64,000 bases of DNA from positions 1 to 64,000 of the IMG/VR virus record IMGVR_UViG_3300048924_000619. One strand, 5' to 3'. The translations under genes and the position numbers were made by a program. Positions 57,401-64,000 of the stretch are shown in pieces. Source of the stretch: a virus. The notes below the pieces were generated by a model. That model was not told the origin of the DNA. It worked only from the letters and a program-made list of their open reading frames with translations, and made no database searches. Numbering within the stretch: the stretch's first letter is position 1; every line of letters begins with the position of its first letter.

Positions 57401-60400
57401 AAGAACGGCGAGCTCAAGGGGCGTGGCGATACCGAGGCGGAGCGGAATCAGAAGTTCCACGACATCCGGCAGAACGACTACGACTTCATCCTGATCACGC
57501 AGCCGGCCTGGAATGCGCTCGACCTGGATCCGGAGACCAAAGAAAAATACGCCAGCTCCGACTTCTGGGAGAAGCGGAAGGAAGGCCTGGGCAAGGGCCC
57601 GAGCGCCAAACAGCTCGCCCGCCAGAAGGAAGCCCACGACGCCAAGATCGCGAAGCAGGACTTCCAAAGCCGCTCGGACGCGCTCTACTTCAATGACCTG
57701 GGCGTCGACGCCCTCATCTCCGACGAGATGCACGCCTACAAGAACCTGTTCGAGGCGCGGGACCGCTTCGGCCAGCAACCGAAGTTCCTCGGCGGTTCGT
57801 CCAGCTCAAAGCGGGCGGCGGACATGCGCTGGAAGACGGACTGGCTGCGCGACCAGACCGGCGGTCGCAACGTCTATGGCCTGACGGCCACGCCGACGAA
57901 GAATAGCCCGCTTGAGGTCTATTCGATGCTCTCGCATATCGCCCCTGAGGCGTTCCTGAACATCGGAATCCGGAACTCCGAAGACTTCCTCGACCGCTTC
58001 TGCGAGTTCAAGGAGGAGAACGTCCTGGACACGAATGGGCGGATGACCCGCTCGCTCTGCGTCAAGGGCTTCAAGAACCTGTCCGAGCTGCGCGAGATCA
58101 TGCGCCGCTACATCGACCGGAAGACGGCTGAGGACGTCGGCCTGCAGCTGCCGGCGAAGGACGATCGGCAACACCTCGTCGATATCTCGGCCTCCCAGAA
58201 GGAAGTCTACGCCGAGTTGCGCGAGCTTGCGGAGAAGGCGAAGCAGGCCGGCAACGACGCCAGCGGCGAGGCGCACCCGTTCTCCATCATGCACAAGATG
58301 GACCGGGCGACGCTCGACCTGGAGCTCTACGACCCGGTCCGCTACGCTGGCGCCCGGTCGCCCAAGCTGGAGCAGGCCGTCACCAACATCACATCGGGCA
58401 TCAAGGAAGGCGGCCAGATCGTCTTCTGCGACGCGATCGAGACCCATGACAAGCTGGTCGGCCTCCTCGTCGCAGCGGGGATTCCCCGCGATCAGATCGG
58501 AGTCCTGAACGCCAAGGTCGCGCCCACCTCGGCCAAGCGCCAGAACATCGCGGAGGCCTACCGGGCGAAGAAGCTGCGCGTGGTCATCGGCAACTCGACG
58601 ATGGAAGAGGGCGTCGATGGCCTGCAGGCCGACACGACCGACATTCACCACCTCAACATCCCCTGGACGCCGGCGGCCATCCAGCAGCGGAACGGTCGCG
58701 GCCTTCGCCAGGGCAACACCGCAGAGGCCGTGCGCCTGCACAACTACCTCGCGAAGGGCACGTTCGACGGCTACCGCTATCAGACGATCTCGGCGAAGAA
58801 GGACTGGCAGACCCTCCTCTGGGACGGCGGCGACCGCGTTGAGAACCTCGCGTTCGAAGGCGGCATGAACCACGAGGAGATGTTGATCGCGCTCGCCGAG
58901 GATCCGGACAAGGCGCGCGAGGAGTTGACGAAGAACAAGGAGTTGGCGCAGGCCAAGCTCGACGCGCAACAGTACGCCGACGCGGCGGAAGCGTACCGGG
59001 CCTATCGGAAGATGCGCGCCAGCCTCAAGAAGCTGGACGCGGGCTCGCGCGCCAAGGCCTCGGGCCAGCGCCTCGAGCACAAGCTGAGCATGATGCGGAC
59101 CTCGCTGGAGGCGAACCCGTACTTCAAAGCCAAATCCGCGATCGACGCCGACCATGAAATCATGATCGCGCCGGGGTCTGGCGACGCCATCGCGCCTGGC
59201 GCGGGCCTCGACGTGCCGCCCGAGGGCAAGATCACCACGGGCAGATATGTGGTCGAGAAGGTGTCGCCGGATCACGGTTGGGTTGAGCTGCGGCGCTGGG
59301 GCGAAACCGGGAAGGCCGGGCGCATGCTCGTCGATCTGGCCGACCTCTCCCACGCGAAGGTGACGGAGCACGACAAGGCGGCGGAGGACGCGCACATCAC
59401 GGCGAAGACGGCTGAGGTGCTCGCGGCCGGCGCCAAGGATCTCGACAGCTACAAGAAGCTGCGGGAGTTCCCGTCGGCGGCGATCGAGGCCAACCGGGAA
59501 GCGATCAGCCACACGGTCAAGCGCGGCCTGAAGGAATACAAATTCCGCGACGGCTACGAGGCGCGGATCGGGATCATCCGGCCAGAGGGCGCGCGAGCGC
59601 TGCCGAGTTACGAGGCCGGCAAGCTGACGGACGCCGACCTGCCCATGCTGCCGATCGACGAGCACAAGAAGCTCGCGTTCGACGCCTACGCTGCGGACGA
59701 GGCCGGCAAGAAGTTCACGAAGGTGCCCGAGACCGGTCGCCGCGGCGCCTCCACGGGGCGGTATCGCGATGAGCTGCGCTACCCGGGCGACCACTATAAC
59801 GGCGAGACGAAGAACCGCTGGGCGAGCGTGATCGAGAATCTCTGGGGCCCGGAGGGGTTGTCGGAGGCCCACCGCCAGTTTGAGTCTCGGCAAATGGAGG
59901 CCGCGCGCCGCGCACCGGACTTGAAGACGGCGATCGCCCACGCCCTGCCGACATCCATCCGGAAGGAAGGCTACATGCCGACGGTGAAGAGCAAGTGGGG
60001 CCGCAAGGCCTTGGCCACGCTCTACGCGAAGGCGAAGGCTGGCGGCCACCTGCGTACGCCGCTGCTCGACCACCTGGAGACCAAGGAGGTGCGTCAGGGC
60101 TACGGGCTCAGTGAGCGCCGCTACCAGACGCCAGTCGTCAGCGAGGATCACTTCTCCGATGGACGCACCTACGGATCCGTCGTCAAGGAGCCGGTCGGCT
60201 CGGCCCTTGCCAAGCTCGCCGTCGCCAACGGTCACGTCGACCTTGCATCGGCCATGGCCGTCGATCACGCCGAGACGCCGGAAGAGGCCATGTCCAACCT
60301 TGGCCGGCTGCCCGAGCACCCGGCGCGCGAGGACGCCAAGCGCCACCTGATCGCCAAGCATCCTCACCTGGGCCAACTCGAGGAGGCGCCGCGTGCAGCC

Positions 60401-60403
60401 TGA
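54428..60403 (+). CDS. DarB-like N6-adenine methyltransferase / SNF2 helicase polyvalent protein
   Basis: 'YSGWGG', 'EFYT', 'VLEPSCGTG', 'IGNPPF', 'DVGLGKT', 'DEMH.YKN', 'TATP.KN', 'QQRNGRGLRQGN'. Confidence 0.9.
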   Translation: MLLLLMKADQLGLFEKLVPVKASISSSGRLISAHTAIRHVRRVEPTKRHAEVLDLFGHAPQPKPALVTPKKPAPAPQADLFEHRPDPPKADLNGMMARSRDQRLAREAKAKEIGAGVGSVKLKHADGRAALLSPDLQRDGGWRFTRLDADGPVGHSEYDSKEAAAAEALRAGYSTDAPEAIQPHAPLEPAVSLQNQLPASGIDYSEGLPAELPAFGVAPGTTKGERRAINALAASMVNGRKSLLDEAPAPVNPEVLRQYSGWGGCGDSLNEFYTDPNVAAAMWSVLHRMGLGEGASVLEPSCGTGVFLELAPKGVKVTGVELDETSSKIAATLHPTHEVVNSALEAFATTDTRQFDAVIGNPPFGDSRGSLVAADKPDISRPEQYFVDTALDKARAGGLVALVLPTGILDSRSARKLRDRWIRKGQFLGALRMPNTAFEASHTGVTTDVVFFRKRPDEVAGALSVVDRDTLKLLGAWDEEFVGGGYFSGRGEGNILGTLEAGWRSKAGMGDDITVAGSMVGVPEAIASFEPEQPSGPTGVEEVLGAVQDQDLKARIRGAAARKPYDQAKRGDTRVIDGVTYVLEGSPLRWHRVDEFMAEQAVVDAGALGADIERAVQGEDVPGLADRVRAYVSAHGIPAKNPNLVIAAKQDKAIYRLLGAVKQDGSLSDVVEGRRESAAVSNFDTAAKTLALEVGYFSPSMVAGRWHGGTEDVVLDHLYASPDYAIDPRSGTWTSLDQYLSGELWPKYDDAKAALAESDLKPEDRAKIERQLAALDEAIAPKSLEDVEIQVNSGFVPLNVVSAFFNEVHPSSYGDKTPMTITYDEGVFAVMGGGYEAHTLRKYLNRDGVRKDDDLPTIERWNRAFKEWLCASAYRDEVEELYNRKFRGFRQKAYSEEAFEVPGLRSDGLKSYQWSGLRWALEAGKGIIAADVGLGKTARALILNKLMKITGQAKRPMIVVPKSVAANWMREAEKWFPGSSVMVIGETYSRDKNGELKGRGDTEAERNQKFHDIRQNDYDFILITQPAWNALDLDPETKEKYASSDFWEKRKEGLGKGPSAKQLARQKEAHDAKIAKQDFQSRSDALYFNDLGVDALISDEMHAYKNLFEARDRFGQQPKFLGGSSSSKRAADMRWKTDWLRDQTGGRNVYGLTATPTKNSPLEVYSMLSHIAPEAFLNIGIRNSEDFLDRFCEFKEENVLDTNGRMTRSLCVKGFKNLSELREIMRRYIDRKTAEDVGLQLPAKDDRQHLVDISASQKEVYAELRELAEKAKQAGNDASGEAHPFSIMHKMDRATLDLELYDPVRYAGARSPKLEQAVTNITSGIKEGGQIVFCDAIETHDKLVGLLVAAGIPRDQIGVLNAKVAPTSAKRQNIAEAYRAKKLRVVIGNSTMEEGVDGLQADTTDIHHLNIPWTPAAIQQRNGRGLRQGNTAEAVRLHNYLAKGTFDGYRYQTISAKKDWQTLLWDGGDRVENLAFEGGMNHEEMLIALAEDPDKAREELTKNKELAQAKLDAQQYADAAEAYRAYRKMRASLKKLDAGSRAKASGQRLEHKLSMMRTSLEANPYFKAKSAIDADHEIMIAPGSGDAIAPGAGLDVPPEGKITTGRYVVEKVSPDHGWVELRRWGETGKAGRMLVDLADLSHAKVTEHDKAAEDAHITAKTAEVLAAGAKDLDSYKKLREFPSAAIEANREAISHTVKRGLKEYKFRDGYEARIGIIRPEGARALPSYEAGKLTDADLPMLPIDEHKKLAFDAYAADEAGKKFTKVPETGRRGASTGRYRDELRYPGDHYNGETKNRWASVIENLWGPEGLSEAHRQFESRQMEAARRAPDLKTAIAHALPTSIRKEGYMPTVKSKWGRKALATLYAKAKAGGHLRTPLLDHLETKEVRQGYGLSERRYQTPVVSEDHFSDGRTYGSVVKEPVGSALAKLAVANGHVDLASAMAVDHAETPEEAMSNLGRLPEHPAREDAKRHLIAKHPHLGQLEEAPRAA

Positions 60404-60749
60404 ACACGTCATGCGCAACGATGGCTTGGACCCGATTGGTTTCGCGGCGAATGCCCGGACGCTGATCCTGGAGCAGCCGCGGAATTACACCGCGTTCGGC
60501 GCCTACTGGTTCCTCGTCAAGGCTCTGCTCCGGCGCGTCTACGAGCCGGCGGAAATTCCCCTGCTCGGCGTCTACGAGGATCCGAGCGTCATCGACCGCA
60601 TGCCCAAGGGCCTGGGTCTGGCGGATCTTCTGCAGCTCGCCGGCGAGGAGTATGCCGTCAACCGCTCGCTGGGCACGCCGCCCGACAAGCTGGAGGATCC
60701 GCGGGATGGCGAGTTCTTCACCTTGAGCGATCCCGACATGGGCGGCTGA
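60393..60749 (+). CDS. Hypothetical protein
   Basis: 'YTAFGAYWFLVKALL'; GAGGAG RBS. Confidence 0.7.
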   Translation: MQPEHVMRNDGLDPIGFAANARTLILEQPRNYTAFGAYWFLVKALLRRVYEPAEIPLLGVYEDPSVIDRMPKGLGLADLLQLAGEEYAVNRSLGTPPDKLEDPRDGEFFTLSDPDMGG

Positions 60750-60772
60750 TGTCGTGACCGCAGCATGCGGTC

Positions 60773-63700
60773 ATGCTTCAGAAGCCGCGCGTCATTCTGT
60801 TCGCCAGCACGGCGATGCTGAAAGCGACGGCGGCCGGCGAACGGTGGGTCACGGTCCACCCGCACGGCCCTGACTCCAAGGGTCAGCCGATACTGATCCA
60901 GCCACAGCCGGACGGCTCGGCCAAGGTAATCGGCGGCGCCGGCGGATCGCTGAACCATATGCGGCTCACCGGGATCAAACCGAAGACGGAATACACCGAG
61001 ACCCTCAAGGAGCGCGCGCGGGACCGCCGCGCCGCCCGGAAGCGACAGCGGGACCGTGACAAGGCGCTCGGTCTGCAGCAGGCCAAAGCCGACGCGCACA
61101 AGAAGGTCACGGAGAAGACCCAGGCCGCGCAGAGGGATTTCGTGAGCGGCGTCGCGCAGGCGATGGGTTGGGCGCCGGAGGACTATAAGTTCCAGCCGCC
61201 AGAGGGGCAGGCTGACCACGTCGTCGCGAAGATGCACGCGGCCCACCTGAAGGAGATGGTGAAGCGCGCCGAAGCCGCGGTGAAGCTGAACCGTGAGCGC
61301 ATCCTGGCCGACGCGTCGACCCGCGCGCACGAGGAGCTCGGCGAAGTCCCGCTGGACTCCGAGGATGCGAACACCCTGTCCGTTCAGGATCTCGACCCGG
61401 TCAGGACGGCCCCGCTCGGGCTGGGCTTCGCGACGGAATACAAGGCCCGCGCGGAGGCCAACGGCGCCGACGAGGCGGCCATCAAGGGCGAGGCCGCCGA
61501 GAACAGGCGCGAGCAGACGGAGGCCCAACGCAAGGCCGCCGTCCAGAACGGCGAGACCGCGCGGCTCGTCGCCGAAAACGTCGCCCTCCTGCGCGAGCCA
61601 GATCAGGTCGAGAAGCTCGCGCCCAAGCTAGTCGAGGCGAAACAGGCGCTCGACCTCTTGAAGCTGGAGAAGAAGCGCAAGATGGCGGAGCGCCAGGCCA
61701 AGCAGGCGCGTAAGCAGATCGACGACGCGATCGAGGCGCCCAAGGCCTATATCGTCGAGGTGGACGATGCGAAGGTCGACGCGAAGGTGGCGGAGGACGT
61801 CGCCAACGACCTTCGCACGATCTCCACGCGCGCCTTCCTGTCAGAGGTCGAGAAGACGGTCCCGGACGCGGCCGTCACGCTGCGCCGTCACGTGGGCGCC
61901 GGCGCGTACAATTCGGTCAACGCCCTGGCCCTGGCCGCCGGCGGCGCGGCGCTCGTCGACCGTAGCGTCGTGGATGTCCTGGGCATCGCCGGCGCGGCGG
62001 AGGTACTCGCCCGGCGGCTGCACGCCGATCTGACGCCCGACGAACTGCGCGACGTCTCCGAGGGCATGACCGCCTATCACCTCCATCATTACATGGAGGC
62101 GTCGGAGGAGGCGATCGGCCGGGCCCGTGAGCTTCAGGCGCAGGCGCGCGAGATGGAACTCGGCGCCGCGGAGAACGGTGAGGATCTCGCGGCGCTCCAG
62201 GAAATCAACCGCCAGCGCGGCGCGGCGCTGGGCGAGTCCCGAAAGGTGCTGGGCACGGCGCTGGGCGAGATGGAGGCGAACGCCGCGCTCGTCTATGCGC
62301 TCGGCCGCGGAAAGTCCGAGAAGCCGTTCGTCGTCCCGCTCGGCGACGTGTCGATGGAGTCGGCGATCGCGCAGGTTCGGGCCATCGGCCTCCAGCGCGG
62401 CGATTATTCGATCGAGACCGCCGCGGGCAACCGTGTGCTCAAAGTGAACCCACAGGGCCTTGACCGCTTGGCTGCGCCGGTCAACCGGGCCGACCTGGAG
62501 CAGGTGCGGCGCAACCTCGACATCATTTCCGGACGGTTCGACGAAGACGATTGGATGCCGCAAGGCATTTCGGACCGGCCGGACCTGGATATGAAGGCCA
62601 AGCCGGGCGTCGCTCCGCAGCTGGCCGAACCGTTCGCGCCGGGCGCTGACCTGGAGGCGTCCGTCCGCGACTACATTGGCGGGCGGGCGGCCGACGGCGA
62701 CGCGCCGGCGGACATCGTGGCCGACCTGCAGTCGGCTGATTTCATGCGCAAGGTCGGCGCGGACCGCGTCGATGACTACCGCGCGGCGCTGGATCGGCTG
62801 GCCCCGCTGGCCGACGACAAGGGCAACCTCCGCCAGCCGGAGGCCCTGCGGCCATCGTTCGAGGAGATGGCCGACGCCTTCGCCAGCGCCCGCGGCGCCG
62901 TCGAGCCGCTCCATCGCCAGAACTTCCACGTCGATGAAACCTCGATCGACGCGTTGCACCGCGCGCTCACGTCGGAGCCGACAGGCGTGGCCGCCTACAA
63001 GCCGGTCGGTGAGTTGACGCCGCAGGATCAGGGCGCGCTGCGGGACTTTTTCGCCAAGCACGTCGCGAAGGAATCGCCGGAAGTGGCTGGCCACCGCGCG
63101 GAGCTGGGCAAGCTGGAGGCCAGGGAGCCGGAGCGCCACGTCGAGGATATGTTCGGCGAGCAGGCGACGAATCCGGAGTGGTCGGATTGGCGCAACCGGC
63201 GCGACGAACTGCGCGGCCATGTGAACGCCGGGTCGATGACCTGGGCGAAGTATGTGGAGGCGATGCGCTCGCCGCAGGCGGCCTACGCGGCGACGCAGGA
63301 TCTTGTCCGGAGCCAGATCACGCGCGGTTTCGCGGACGCCTACAATACCCTGAAGCCGGCCTCACCGCTGAAGGTCGGTCGCTCGGTCATCCGCTCGAAC
63401 CTTGACCACCTGGACGCGGTCGATCCGGCCGCCCGGGACGCGCGCCTCGCGAAAGAGCGGGCGCTGTCGGACTCGCTGCGCAATCGCGTTGCTGGTCGGT
63501 ATGCCTCCGGTTCGGTGCGCGACCGGCTTGACGCTGCGCGTGAGGAGCAAGCAGGCCTCGAGGCGGCGCAGATGGGCTTCTTCGCGGACGAGCCCGCGCC
63601 GGCGACGGAGAAGCCCCTCGGTGGCGATGAGCGCTGGACGATCGGCCACGAGGCGGAGCGCCGCATTGCGGAAATGATGCCGCAGGTCGGCGCCAACTTC

Positions 63701-64000
63701 CGGCCCGGCCAGCCTGTGCACCTCTTCCGGCCGTCGATGAGCGGCGGGAAGAATTACCCGCGCCAGCGCGCGATCAAGATGCTCGAGGCGAACAAGCGCG
63801 TCGTGCTCTCGTTCGGCACAGGCTCCGGCAAGACGTTGATCGGCCTCGGCGGGTTCACGCAGCTGCACTCCAAGGGTGCCGTGAAGCGCGGGCTGTTCCT
63901 GGTCCCGTCGATCGCGCAGGGTGGCTTCGGGGCGGAGTCGCTGCGCTTCCTGAAGCCAGGCGCGTACCGCTGGCATGCCAAGCCGGGCGCGTCGCGTTCA
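60773..64000 (+). CDS. Giant protein with SF2/SNF2-type helicase motif I near window end (3' truncated; absent from ORF track)
   Basis: Leaderless ATG 14 nt after GTCGTGAC (60751): MLQKPRVILFASTAMLKA...; same frame gives 'RQRAIKML..VVLSFGTGSGKT..GLFLVPS' at ~63.8-63.9 kb. Confidence 0.85.
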   Translation, partial: MLQKPRVILFASTAMLKATAAGERWVTVHPHGPDSKGQPILIQPQPDGSAKVIGGAGGSLNHMRLTGIKPKTEYTETLKERARDRRAARKRQRDRDKALGLQQAKADAHKKVTEKTQAAQRDFVSGVAQAMGWAPEDYKFQPPEGQADHVVAKMHAAHLKEMVKRAEAAVKLNRERILADASTRAHEELGEVPLDSEDANTLSVQDLDPVRTAPLGLGFATEYKARAEANGADEAAIKGEAAENRREQTEAQRKAAVQNGETARLVAENVALLREPDQVEKLAPKLVEAKQALDLLKLEKKRKMAERQAKQARKQIDDAIEAPKAYIVEVDDAKVDAKVAEDVANDLRTISTRAFLSEVEKTVPDAAVTLRRHVGAGAYNSVNALALAAGGAALVDRSVVDVLGIAGAAEVLARRLHADLTPDELRDVSEGMTAYHLHHYMEASEEAIGRARELQAQAREMELGAAENGEDLAALQEINRQRGAALGESRKVLGTALGEMEANAALVYALGRGKSEKPFVVPLGDVSMESAIAQVRAIGLQRGDYSIETAAGNRVLKVNPQGLDRLAAPVNRADLEQVRRNLDIISGRFDEDDWMPQGISDRPDLDMKAKPGVAPQLAEPFAPGADLEASVRDYIGGRAADGDAPADIVADLQSADFMRKVGADRVDDYRAALDRLAPLADDKGNLRQPEALRPSFEEMADAFASARGAVEPLHRQNFHVDETSIDALHRALTSEPTGVAAYKPVGELTPQDQGALRDFFAKHVAKESPEVAGHRAELGKLEAREPERHVEDMFGEQATNPEWSDWRNRRDELRGHVNAGSMTWAKYVEAMRSPQAAYAATQDLVRSQITRGFADAYNTLKPASPLKVGRSVIRSNLDHLDAVDPAARDARLAKERALSDSLRNRVAGRYASGSVRDRLDAAREEQAGLEAAQMGFFADEPAPATEKPLGGDERWTIGHEAERRIAEMMPQVGANFRPGQPVHLFRPSMSGGKNYPRQRAIKMLEANKRVVLSFGTGSGKTLIGLGGFTQLHSKGAVKRGLFLVPSIAQGGFGAESLRFLKPGAYRWHAKPGASRS

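Overview
The whole window is the left ~64 kb of a large temperate phage/prophage of a GC-rich alphaproteobacterium. The host call rests on CtrA-like and GcrA-like domains and a circularly permuted tmRNA; Caulobacterales is plausible but unproven. Gene order: (1) tyrosine integrase convergent with an excisionase and a RecE-type recombination operon; (2) replication operon (C5 methyltransferase, SF2 helicase, VRR-NUC-like nuclease, primase-helicase); (3) a leftward accessory region of small genes including RtcB, MmcB-like, ASCH-like and HD-domain proteins; (4) an iteron-rich symmetric origin candidate at ~25.4-25.8 kb; (5) a rightward middle region (ParB-like, CtrA-like wHTH, RecD-like helicase, SSB); (6) terminase; (7) a ~1.7 kb RNA island with an unusual initiator-type tRNA-Met, a two-piece tmRNA and several unidentified structured RNAs; (8) portal, GH16/LamG fibre proteins and an O-acyltransferase moron; (9) putative virion-cargo 'polyvalent' proteins (zeta kinase, SpoT-type HD hydrolase, MuF, InPase, DarB-like MTase-helicase, and a second giant helicase that runs off the window). 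Four families of repeated cis-motifs were read directly from the sequence: a late promoter GTCGTGAC-N3-A-N3-T that often gives leaderless starts, a palindromic operator TCTACCGGTAGA, 10-bp-phased GGGAAC arrays mostly paired with CCGCC-TANNNT promoters, and a polar (AAAACCGCCAGC)x2 repeat that flips orientation at the origin. Major capsid, tail and lysis genes were not recognised in this window. All family assignments come from motif recognition; no database searches were run.
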